Shown here: piece after piece, positions 10,182 to 19,141 of the stretch
How the letters are laid out: every line of letters starts with the position of its first letter
How positions within the stretch are numbered: position 1 is the first letter of the stretch
Assembly: GCA_965223265.1 (NCBI GenBank)
Contig: OZ244999.1
Location: forward strand, 6,816,001 to 6,880,000
DNA length: 64,000 nt
Source of the DNA: Planctomycetota bacterium
GTDB taxonomy: Bacteria; Planctomycetota; UBA8108; SXIK01
Direction of reading: 5' to 3'
Position numbers and translations under genes: made by a program
Notes under the pieces: model-generated
Seen by the model: the letters and a program-made list of their open reading frames with translations, nothing else
Database searches by the model: none
Told to the model about the DNA's origin: nothing

Positions 10182-12209
10182 ATGGACAAACTCGAAAGAC
10201 TCCGTCGCGAAATCAACACGACGGACGCCACCATTCTCCAGATGCTCGCGAAACGTCGAGAGCTGTCGCGGCAAGTCATCGAAGACAAAGCGATCAGCGG
10301 TCGCCCGCTTCGTGACGAGAAGCGCGAGGAGGAGCTACTCGCCCGACTGATCGCCGAGGGCCGCGACCTCGGGTTGGACGCGCACCATGTCACCCGTATC
10401 TTCCATGAAGTCATCGACGACAGCGTTCGCTGCCAGCAACTCTATCTTCTGGAGGGCTCTCAACCTCAGACCGACGAAAAGAAGGTCGCGTATCAAGGCA
10501 TTGCGGGTGCCTATAGCCACCTCGCAGCACAGAAGTTCTTCGCGCGGGAGAAGACATCGCCGGTCTACGTTGGCTACCCGACCTTCCAAGAAGTCGTCAC
10601 CGCCGTCGAGACGGGCGAGACCGACTTCGCCTTGCTGCCCATCGAAAACACGACGGCAGGAAGCATCAATGAAGTCTATGATCTGCTCTCGAGCGCCGAT
10701 CTGCACATTCTCGGCGAAGAGATCTTCCCGGTAGAGCACTGTCTGCTGGCTATCGAGGATGTTCCCCTGTCGAAGATCCGCCGGATCTTGTCGCATCCTC
10801 AGGGGCTCGCACAGTGCGTTCGGTTCCTGTCAACGCTCGAGAACTGCCAACGGGAGTACTACGCCGACACGGCCATGGCAGTCCGGAAAGTGAAGGAGGA
10901 CAACGACCTCTCGCAGGCTGCGATCGCCAGCGAGGAAGCCGGACGTCTGTACGGTCTCAAGGTTCTCAAGCGCCACCTCGCCGATCAGCCCAACAACTAC
11001 ACGCGGTTTCTCGTCGTCTCGACCACCAACCATACCGTCGACACCCGCATTCCCTGCAAGACGAGCTTGGTACTGGCGACGCGAGACGAAGAAGGTGCGC
11101 TGCTGCGCTCTCTGACGCTCCTGCACGAACATCGCTTGAATCTGACGAAGCTGGAGAGCCGACCACGCCCCGGCTATCCGTTTCAGTATCTTTTCTACCT
11201 CGACTTTGTCGGCAATCTCAGCGACCCAAACGTCGCGGCAGCCGTCGACCGATTGCGAGACGTCACCGCGTTTCTCAAGATCCTCGGTAGTTATCCCATC
11301 GAGCAGCGCCGACGTACGGCCCCTCGTCTCGAGGACATCGTGCCGCCATCGAAACCGCAGGTGACGCAGGCTCACAATTCGGCAGAGGGGCAGGCGACGC
11401 CGGAAACCGAGCCGACAGCGCTGCAGCCTCCGCGCCGGCTCGCCGAGCGTGGTGCGAGGTCGACGGATACCGCCGTCGGTATCGGCGAGACGATTTTCGG
11501 CGGCGATGAATTCGCCGTCATCGGCGGCCCGCGACACATCAAATCGCAAGAGAAGATCCTGACGCAAGCGCGCGAGCTCCGAGAAGCGGGCGGCAAGGTC
11601 TTCCTGGCGCAAAAATACATCGCAGATGCAGGTCCGGGGACCCGTTCGGAACTCAGCTCCGAGATCCTCGAACAAGTCGTTGAGGCGTGCAGTCAGTACG
11701 ACGTCGCCGTCGTCGCGGATATCTCTTCACCGGCAAGGGTGCAGGCCGTGGCGCGCGCCGTCGACGCGCTGCTCGTAGCTGGCCACAACATGCAGAATGC
11801 AGAACTGCTGCGTGCCGCCGGCAAATCGAGTCGTCCGGTGATTCTACAGCGGAGAGTGACCGCGACGGTGGATGAGCTTTTGAGTGCCGCCGAGGCGATT
11901 CTGGCGCAGGGCAATCACCAGATCATTCTGTGCGAGTGCGGCCGGCGTGTGTACGATTCCGCGGGTCATGGAGTGACCGTCGATCTGGCGTCGATTCCAA
12001 GCCTTCGCGCCCGGACGCACCTTCCCGTCGTCATCGATCCTCGCGGCGTGATTGATCGATCCCACCTCCACGCCATCGCCGAAGCGGGGCGTTTGGTGGG
12101 AGCACACGGCATCCTCCTCGCCGTCGATTCCGACGGCAACGACGACGCGATCGACCTCGGCGCGTTCACGAACATTGTTCGCACGCTCTACCTTGGCGCC
12201 GGCAAATGA
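10182..12209 (+). CDS. pheA: chorismate mutase / prephenate dehydratase (ACT) fused to a degenerate DAHP-synthase-like C-terminal domain
   Basis: AroQ-type N-terminus (LRREINTTD), PDT motifs PIENTTAG, SHPQ, NYTRF, ACT LTKLESRP; C-terminus has NMQN/LCE/DP remnants of class I-beta DAHP synthase. Confidence 0.9.
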   Translation: MDKLERLRREINTTDATILQMLAKRRELSRQVIEDKAISGRPLRDEKREEELLARLIAEGRDLGLDAHHVTRIFHEVIDDSVRCQQLYLLEGSQPQTDEKKVAYQGIAGAYSHLAAQKFFAREKTSPVYVGYPTFQEVVTAVETGETDFALLPIENTTAGSINEVYDLLSSADLHILGEEIFPVEHCLLAIEDVPLSKIRRILSHPQGLAQCVRFLSTLENCQREYYADTAMAVRKVKEDNDLSQAAIASEEAGRLYGLKVLKRHLADQPNNYTRFLVVSTTNHTVDTRIPCKTSLVLATRDEEGALLRSLTLLHEHRLNLTKLESRPRPGYPFQYLFYLDFVGNLSDPNVAAAVDRLRDVTAFLKILGSYPIEQRRRTAPRLEDIVPPSKPQVTQAHNSAEGQATPETEPTALQPPRRLAERGARSTDTAVGIGETIFGGDEFAVIGGPRHIKSQEKILTQARELREAGGKVFLAQKYIADAGPGTRSELSSEILEQVVEACSQYDVAVVADISSPARVQAVARAVDALLVAGHNMQNAELLRAAGKSSRPVILQRRVTATVDELLSAAEAILAQGNHQIILCECGRRVYDSAGHGVTVDLASIPSLRARTHLPVVIDPRGVIDRSHLHAIAEAGRLVGAHGILLAVDSDGNDDAIDLGAFTNIVRTLYLGAGK

Positions 12210-12483
12210 CGCCACCCGGTCGGGAGGTCGCTTCACGACAGCCGGGCCATCGAGACCGAATCGGGCCGCACGCCCCCCGGAGCGCTGTCCAAAAGGCGCT
12301 GTTCGAGCCTGCGGTTGAAAGTCTTCGTTGACACGTCGATGGCTGACTTCTAAACTACTCGAATTCGATGGAGCCGCGGTCAGGCCACCCTTTCCAGCGA
12401 GACGCTGGAAGATTCTAAGCGCGTTTCGAATGCACGCTGATCCCTCGGGTGGTGGCGACTGACGGCAGTAGGAAGTCTTCGAA

Positions 12484-12642
12484 ATGGCAACCACCGACCG
12501 ACAAGCTCACTTCTTCGAGCACGCCACTGACGACGCGGCGATCGCCCTGGCGGTTCGTCCGGCACTCGGCAGTCGTCTCCTCAGTCGTGAGGACAGCATC
12601 CTCGGTCTAGCCATTCTTCTTCCGGAGGTGGGAGGCCTCTAA
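12484..12642 (+). promoter_or_regulatory. leader peptide of a Leu/Ile attenuator (52 aa)
   Basis: ATG 12484 after AGGAAG; peptide ends ...SRLLSREDSILGLAILLPEVGGL* and uses CTA and CTT-CTT codons; lies just upstream of a terminator and leuA. Confidence 0.75.
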
Positions 12643-12667
12643 AGATCTCTTCGATCTTAGCCAGGCC

Positions 12668-12702
12668 ACCCGCCACCACACCGGTGAGCGGGTTTTTTTT
12701 TT
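12668..12702 (+). terminator. attenuator terminator hairpin
   Basis: ACCCGC-CACC-acacc-GGTG-a-GCGGGT followed by a T run; upstream GGAGGTGGGAGGCC can pair with GGCCACCCGCCACC as an antiterminator. Confidence 0.85.
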
Positions 12703-12871
12703 GTCTCATCGGTGAATGAAACGATGTTTCGACGTGGGCGCGTCCACCAAACGCTGACGCGCGATTCTACACACTGGATTCGAGGTAATCCGCCGGTTTG
12801 CCGAAGAACGTGTATTCGGGAGCCGCCGGAAGAACAGTTTTCTCCTGCGTTTTCTAACCAACGGTGAAGCC

Positions 12872-14434
12872 ATGAGGCGAATCAAGATTTTCGACACCAC
12901 CCTGCGTGACGGCGAACAATGTCCTGGCGGCAGTATGAACGTTGACGAGAAGCTCGTCATCGCTCGCCAGCTCGAGCGCCTCGGTGTCGACGTCATCGAA
13001 GCCGGTTTTCCGATCAGCTCGCAGGGAGACTTCGACAGCGTCCGCGTCATCGCGGAAAACATTACCGGCCCGACCATCTGCGGTCTGGCGCGGGCGCGGG
13101 ACGATGACATCGACGCAGCCGGGCGGGCGCTAGAGCCATGCCGCAACAAGCGTGTTCACGTTTTTATCGCGACGTCGCAGCTGCACATGGACAAAAAGCT
13201 CAAGATGTCCCAGGAGCAGGTGATCGAAGCGGCTGTGCGAGGTGTTCGGCGCGCGCGGAACTATACAGACGACGTGGAGTTTTCGCCGGAAGACTGCTCG
13301 CGCACCGACATCCAGTTCATGTGTCAAATCATCGAAGCGGCGATCGACGCCGGCGCCACGACGATCAATATCCCTGACACCGTCGGCTACGCGATTCCAC
13401 AAGAGATCGGCGAGCGCATCACTCATGTCCGTCAGGCGGTGCCAAACATCGACAAGGTGACCCTCAGTATCCATTGTCACAATGATCTGGGGCTGGCTGT
13501 GGCCAACTCCATGGCTGCCGTCGAAGCGGGATGCGATCAGGTCGAGTGCACGATCAACGGCATCGGCGAGCGGGCCGGCAACGCGTCGCTGGAGGAAGTC
13601 GTGATGGCGCTCCGACTGCGCAGCGACGCGGTCGGTGCCGATACGGACGTCAACACCAAAGAGATTTGGAGCACGAGTCGCCTCGTTTCAAGCTTGACGG
13701 GACTCGACGTACAGAGAAACAAGGCGATCGTCGGTGAGAACGCCTTTGCCCACGAGGCTGGCATCCACCAACACGGTGTCATCGCGGACCGACGCACCTA
13801 CGAGATTCTTCGTGCCGAAGACGTCGGGTGGAACGGCCAGCAGCTGGTCATCGGCAAACACTCGGGCGTTCACGCAGTCGAAGAAGTTCTCAAATCGAGA
13901 GGCTTCGCCCTCGACCAAGCGCAGCTGCGCGAAGTCGTCGCCCGCGTCAAGAACGCCGCGGACAAGGACAAACGTGTAGAGGATGAAGACGTCCTGGCTT
14001 TCGCCAGCGAGGTTCTCGACGATCAATCCACAGACAAGCCGATCGTCGAGCTGCGCGAGCTCTCGGTGATGACCGGAAACAGCTTCACAGCCAGCGCCAC
14101 GATCAAGCTGACAATCAATGACCACGAGACCATCGGTACCGGGACTGGAGTCGGCCCGGTCGATGCAGCCGCCCACGCGCTCGCCTCGATCCTGCGCACC
14201 AATCTCGGTAGCAAGCTGCGACTGCAGGAGTACGGCCTCAAGGCGATCACTGGCGGCACGGACGCGCTGGCGCATGCACACATTCGTCTCAGCGACGACA
14301 AAGGCGGCTCGTTTCGCGGTGAGGCGATCGATGGGGACGTGATTCTCGCCTCGGTGTATGCGATGGTGAAGGGAGCCAATCGAGCCCTCAACGCCCACAG
14401 AAAAGCAACATCGCCAGGCGCCTCTGCCACCTGA
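12872..14434 (+). CDS. leuA: 2-isopropylmalate synthase
   Basis: FDTTLRDGEQ, EAGFP, PDTVG, HCHNDLGLAVAN, GIGERAGN, HEAGIHQHG, C-terminal regulatory GVGPVDA. Confidence 0.93.
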   Translation: MRRIKIFDTTLRDGEQCPGGSMNVDEKLVIARQLERLGVDVIEAGFPISSQGDFDSVRVIAENITGPTICGLARARDDDIDAAGRALEPCRNKRVHVFIATSQLHMDKKLKMSQEQVIEAAVRGVRRARNYTDDVEFSPEDCSRTDIQFMCQIIEAAIDAGATTINIPDTVGYAIPQEIGERITHVRQAVPNIDKVTLSIHCHNDLGLAVANSMAAVEAGCDQVECTINGIGERAGNASLEEVVMALRLRSDAVGADTDVNTKEIWSTSRLVSSLTGLDVQRNKAIVGENAFAHEAGIHQHGVIADRRTYEILRAEDVGWNGQQLVIGKHSGVHAVEEVLKSRGFALDQAQLREVVARVKNAADKDKRVEDEDVLAFASEVLDDQSTDKPIVELRELSVMTGNSFTASATIKLTINDHETIGTGTGVGPVDAAAHALASILRTNLGSKLRLQEYGLKAITGGTDALAHAHIRLSDDKGGSFRGEAIDGDVILASVYAMVKGANRALNAHRKATSPGASAT

Positions 14435-14476
14435 AGAGTCTCCATCCGCCAACGAAGCTCAACACCGACAGCACGC

Positions 14477-16117
14477 ATGCCCCAAAAAATCGAAACCTAC
14501 GACACCACGCTACGGGACGGCTCACAAGGTGAGGGCGTTTCGTTTTCGCAAGTCGACAAGATCAACGTACTGAAATGTCTCGACGACTTCGGGATCGATT
14601 ACGTCGAGGGCGGCTGGCCGGGCTCAAATCCTAAGGACATCGACTTCTTCGTCGCCGCCAAGGACGTGCCGCTTGCCCACACACGGCTGGCCGCGTTCGG
14701 CAGCACTCGACGCGCCGATCGTGCGGTCGAAGACGACGCCAACCTCGCCGCGTTGATTGAGGTCGAGACGCCGGTAGTGACGATTTTCGGCAAGTCGTGG
14801 AAGCTTCACGTCACTGAGGTGTTTCGCACCACGATCGCAGAAAACCTGAAGATGATCGAAGATTCCGTACGCTACCTGCGCGCGCACGATCGAACTGTAC
14901 TGTACGATGCAGAACACTTCTTCGACGGATTCAAGGACGATCCAAGCTACGCCATCGAGACGCTGCGCGCAGCGCTACGTGGCGGCGCGGAATGTCTGAT
15001 CCTCTGCGACACCAACGGCGGCACTCTGCCGACGGAACTCGGTGACGTTGTGCGGAAAGTCATCGCGACGCTGCCGGAAGCGACCATCGGGATTCATCCG
15101 CACAACGACTCCGGCGTTGCCGTTGCCAACGCGCTGCATGCCGTGGAAGAAGGCGCCGTGCATGTACAAGGCACCTTCAACGGCATCGGCGAGCGCTGCG
15201 GTAACGCGGATCTCACTGCCATCATTCCGAACCTCATTCTAAAGCTCGGAAAGCAGCTGAGCGTATCGCGCGACCAATTGAAACGGCTGTCGCACACAGC
15301 CCGTTACGTCCACGCCTCAGCCAACTTGATCTATCCAGAGAACCAGCCCTACATCGGTCAAATGGCGTTCGCTCACAAAGGCGGAGTACATGTTAACTCC
15401 GTCATGAAAGTGCCGCATTCCTATGAACACGTCGAACCCGAGCTAGTTGGCAATCACCGCCGTGTGCTGATCTCCGAACTCTCTGGAAAGTCGAACGCGC
15501 AGCACCTCGCAGCCGCACAAGGAATCGACACGTCTGAACATCCCAAAGCGGCTCAGCAGGCGGTAGCGGAGATCAAGCAACTTGAAAACGAAGGCCACGT
15601 CTTCGAATCGGCAGAGGCGTCTGCGACGCTGATCATGCTCCGGCACATGGGCAAGGTGCCGCAGCTTTTCGAGCTCGTCCGCTATCGAACAGCGGTCGAG
15701 CATCGGCCCAACGGTGGAACGTTCACCGAGGCAACCGTCAAGATTCGCGTCCAGGAGGACGAACACCTCGCGGTAGGTGAAGGCGTCGGCCCTGTCGACG
15801 CACTCGACGCGGCCCTGCGCAAAGCGATTCACGCTTTCTATCCGGAAATCGATGCCATCGTGCTGCAAGATTATCGTGTTCGCATCATCAACGCGCAGGA
15901 GGCGACACACGCGAAGGTGTGCGTGACGATCCAGTCGATCGACAAGCGCGACGACGTTGTCTTCGGAACTGTCGGCGCCGACGAAAACATCATGGAAGCG
16001 TCGTGGTCCGCTCTTCGCGACAGTATCGTCTTCGGGTTACTCCGCCAGCAGCTCAAGCTCGACACGACCTCGACGCGTGAAGCGCGCCCCAACCCTGGTA
16101 TCTCGAGCGCTGTCTAA
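14477..16117 (+). CDS. cimA: citramalate synthase
   Basis: YDTTLRDGSQGEG, EGGWPGSNPKD, YDAEHFFDG, CDTNGG, AHKGGVH, SELSGKSN, characteristic of the bacterial CimA clade. Confidence 0.9.
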   Translation: MPQKIETYDTTLRDGSQGEGVSFSQVDKINVLKCLDDFGIDYVEGGWPGSNPKDIDFFVAAKDVPLAHTRLAAFGSTRRADRAVEDDANLAALIEVETPVVTIFGKSWKLHVTEVFRTTIAENLKMIEDSVRYLRAHDRTVLYDAEHFFDGFKDDPSYAIETLRAALRGGAECLILCDTNGGTLPTELGDVVRKVIATLPEATIGIHPHNDSGVAVANALHAVEEGAVHVQGTFNGIGERCGNADLTAIIPNLILKLGKQLSVSRDQLKRLSHTARYVHASANLIYPENQPYIGQMAFAHKGGVHVNSVMKVPHSYEHVEPELVGNHRRVLISELSGKSNAQHLAAAQGIDTSEHPKAAQQAVAEIKQLENEGHVFESAEASATLIMLRHMGKVPQLFELVRYRTAVEHRPNGGTFTEATVKIRVQEDEHLAVGEGVGPVDALDAALRKAIHAFYPEIDAIVLQDYRVRIINAQEATHAKVCVTIQSIDKRDDVVFGTVGADENIMEASWSALRDSIVFGLLRQQLKLDTTSTREARPNPGISSAV

Positions 16118-16228
16118 TCGTCCGCATCAGACGATGGATCCGGCGGCAGCCGTCTCGCGACCCTTGGAGGCGCGCAGCGGCTCGAGCCGAGGCTTGCGCT
16201 CCGGGCTCGCCTCACGGATGATTCGGGC

Positions 16229-16972
16229 ATGGACGCCGCCCCGCATTCGCCCGAGCTGCGCATCTCCGCTGTCGTTCCAACCTGGAACGAAGCCGAGAAT
16301 GTCGCTCGGTCCCTGACGAGCCTGCGTCGCGCCGGGATCGACGAGATCGTCGTCGTTGACGGCCACAGCACCGACGACACGGTCACGGTCGCGACGCCGC
16401 TGGCCGACCGCGTGCTCCTCAGCAGTTTGAACCTATTCACGCAGCTCAATCGCGGCGCCGCGGCCGCGAGCGGCGACGTATTGCTCTTCCACTACGCAGA
16501 TGGCGACTTCCCCCCGGGCGGACGCACTGCAATCCTGCGCACTCTCGCTCGCGGCGACGCGGTCCGCGATGGTCGTCACGACGTCGTTGGCGGTGCCTTT
16601 CGGCTCAGCTTCCGATCGCGGCACGCGTTCTACCGCTTCATCGCCGTGACCGCCAACGCGCGCAACCGACTCCGGCTCGGCCCGTTCGGCGACCAGTCGA
16701 TTTTCGTGCGTCGACAAACTTTCGAAGTCGTCTCTGGGTTTTCGGTCGACCGCTACCTGCCCGATCTACAGTTCGTACAGGCGCTCAGGCGTCTCGGCCA
16801 CTTCGCACTCTTGGAGGACCCTGTCGTGACGTCGGACCGTCGCTGGGAGAGCCGCGGGCGTACGCGCACCCTCTTCAACCACTGGTGGCTGACCGGCCTC
16901 TACGTCCTCGGCAAGCGCCGCGCTGGCAGCCGCGCCGAGAAGAAGTCGTCGCGGCTGCGCACCGTCCGCTAA
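16229..16972 (+). CDS. family 2 glycosyltransferase (TIGR04283-like)
   Basis: VVPTWNEA, VVDGHSTDDT, QLNRGA, PFGDQSIFV, TSDRRW. Confidence 0.85.
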   Translation: MDAAPHSPELRISAVVPTWNEAENVARSLTSLRRAGIDEIVVVDGHSTDDTVTVATPLADRVLLSSLNLFTQLNRGAAAASGDVLLFHYADGDFPPGGRTAILRTLARGDAVRDGRHDVVGGAFRLSFRSRHAFYRFIAVTANARNRLRLGPFGDQSIFVRRQTFEVVSGFSVDRYLPDLQFVQALRRLGHFALLEDPVVTSDRRWESRGRTRTLFNHWWLTGLYVLGKRRAGSRAEKKSSRLRTVR

Positions 16973-17074
16973 CAGCCCGCTTGAAGAAGTGCTTCGAGCC
17001 GAAAACCGGTCTCTTCGCGTCCAGATCGGCCGCGGCAAACGCTTTTCGGCCGAATGACTTTTTCAGGCGGGCTG
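16973..17074 (-). mobile_element. MITE family B, internally shortened copy (102 bp)
   Basis: TIRs CAGCCCGCTTGAAGAAGT / ACTTTTTCAGGCGGGCTG with CTAA duplicated on both sides (16969-16972, 17075-17078). Confidence 0.88.
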
Positions 17075-17204
17075 CTAACTGCGCGTTCGGTCCGCTCCGT
17101 CTCGAGTCTGGGGATAGCCGGAGCGCGGCAAAGCCACAGAGTGACGCGATCGAAGCGGGAATTCGTTCCGAACCCCACCGGCGGCGCGGTACACTCCTGT
17201 TGGT

Positions 17205-17223
17205 GTGTATGAATTTCACTCAC
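17205..17223. promoter_or_regulatory. palindromic operator/UAS-like motif, copy 1
   Basis: GTGTATGAATTTCACTCAC; closely matches 22830-22848; lies upstream of the kinase-activator operon. Confidence 0.55.
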
Positions 17224-17333
17224 CTCATGAGCCGATAGAGATTCCTAAGAGACTTCCTCGCCACGAGTTCTGGCTACGCCAGTTTCCAGTGCACAAGAGG
17301 AACACGGCGCCCCGCCACGGCGAAAGCTGAGAG

Positions 17334-19106
17334 ATGAACGACACCCTGCCACCCAGCCGACCGTTTTGGCACGACAGCACCGAGCCGACGTCAGGCCCGA
17401 GCGCCGCCGAGCGTGCGGATCCGGATTGGATTGGGCCCTATCAGGTCCTCGGTCGACTGGGTGAAGGCAGCATGGGTGTTGTCTTTCGCTGCCGCGACCT
17501 ATCGCTCCAGCGCGATGTCGCCGTCAAGGTCTTGAGACGACGTTTTGAGAGCGACGACCGCTACCGGCGACGATTTCGTCGCGAAGCCAAAGCAGCGGCG
17601 AGCCTGTCTCACGACTGCGTCGTGCGCATCTTCGGCATTCACGAAGGACACGGTAGCGATCCGTCCTATCTCGTCATGGAGCTCGTCGCCGGCGACTCTG
17701 CCGATCGACTCATCGAAGAGCGCGGCCGCATCGCCGCGGGCGAATCCGTCACCTGGATCCGGGACGCCGCGATCGGGCTCCGGGAGGCGTCGAAGCGCGG
17801 CTTGATTCACCGCGATGTGAAACCGTCCAACCTTCTGGTGACCCCCAGCGACCACGTCAAGATCGTCGACTTCGGTCTCGCCAAGGATGTCGAGGCGAGT
17901 CCGTCACTGACTGAAGAAGGGATGGTCTTAGGCACACCTCACTATATTTCTCCCGAGCAGGGCCAGGGAAAGAAAGTCGATCAGCGCAGCGACATCTATT
18001 CCCTCGGTGCAACGCTCTATCACCTTCTCACCGGCGAGACCCCGTTCGACGGCGAATCGTCGGTGTCGGTGATCGTGGCGCACGTGAACACGTCACCCCG
18101 ACCACCGCATCTCGTCGTGGATGACATTTCGCTGTCGCTCTCGCGGGTCGTCCTCCGCATGCTCGCCAAGAGTCCAGGGGATCGCTACCCGTCATACGAC
18201 GAGCTCATCGAAGATCTCGAGGCAATCCTGGGCGGCGAGGAGCCTCCTCACGCGGGGTCGCATAGCGCTGGCACGCAGACGCCTCGACGTCGCGGGCCAC
18301 TGATCGCTGGGATTGCTGCGGTCGCCCTCGTCGCCGTGGTCGGAGGCTTAAGCCTTGGCGGTGTCTTCCAACCGCCCGCAGCAGCGGTCCCCTCACTGAC
18401 GTCCAGTCTGGGATCATGGTGCGTGTCTCAGACCGGCCGCGACGTAGACCTCGACTTCAACTTCGCGGCACCGCCCCCTGTTGCGACGCGTTTCGAGTTG
18501 CTCCAACGCATCCTGACCTTACCGCGCGATCTTCCCAATGATGTCGACGCGCCAGGGCTCCGTTCCGGCAACCTTCATCTTGCCGACTTCACGGCGCCGC
18601 TGGCGTTTTCGTTCGCCTTTGAGCGACTGGACCACGTCGCCGTCGAGATCAACGCGGCGTCGGACGACTGTCACCTGCAAATTGCGCTCTCCCATCCCGC
18701 TGCAGCGAGTCATCGCCAACTGCTCATTCGCCTCGACCTCGAGCACCGAAGCGACGCCGCGACCATCGTGGCCATCAGAAACGGTGAAGAGATCGCTGGC
18801 GCGCGGGAATTGCGTACGCGGGATGGTCAGACAGTGAGTCGTTTGCCGAGAGTTGGCCAGCCGCCACTGCGATTGGAGGTGGACTTCGAAGCTGCTGACG
18901 GTGAAACGCAGGTCTTAGCCCGTGTGTTCAGACCCCAGCGCCCGGAGCCGCTGTTCGAAGTGAAGCGCGTCATCGAAGGTGACGACTGGGTCAAAGGCGT
19001 CCCAACGCTCAGGTGCGCATCGACGCGCGGGGCGTACTCATTGCGGATCAGTCGGGTTGCCCTGCGCGGTAGGATCGGCGACACCGTCGTCCATCAGGTC
19101 CCCTAA
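17334..19106 (+). CDS. membrane-anchored Hanks-type Ser/Thr protein kinase
   Basis: LGEGSMG, VAVK, HRDVKPSN, DFG, GTPHYISPE, SDIYSLG; TM helix LIAGIAAVALVAVVGGL; uncharacterised C-terminal extracytoplasmic domain. Confidence 0.95.
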   Translation: MNDTLPPSRPFWHDSTEPTSGPSAAERADPDWIGPYQVLGRLGEGSMGVVFRCRDLSLQRDVAVKVLRRRFESDDRYRRRFRREAKAAASLSHDCVVRIFGIHEGHGSDPSYLVMELVAGDSADRLIEERGRIAAGESVTWIRDAAIGLREASKRGLIHRDVKPSNLLVTPSDHVKIVDFGLAKDVEASPSLTEEGMVLGTPHYISPEQGQGKKVDQRSDIYSLGATLYHLLTGETPFDGESSVSVIVAHVNTSPRPPHLVVDDISLSLSRVVLRMLAKSPGDRYPSYDELIEDLEAILGGEEPPHAGSHSAGTQTPRRRGPLIAGIAAVALVAVVGGLSLGGVFQPPAAAVPSLTSSLGSWCVSQTGRDVDLDFNFAAPPPVATRFELLQRILTLPRDLPNDVDAPGLRSGNLHLADFTAPLAFSFAFERLDHVAVEINAASDDCHLQIALSHPAAASHRQLLIRLDLEHRSDAATIVAIRNGEEIAGARELRTRDGQTVSRLPRVGQPPLRLEVDFEAADGETQVLARVFRPQRPEPLFEVKRVIEGDDWVKGVPTLRCASTRGAYSLRISRVALRGRIGDTVVHQVP

Positions 19107-19141
19107 CGAGCGACGCTCCAAAACATTTGCGAAACTCCGCC

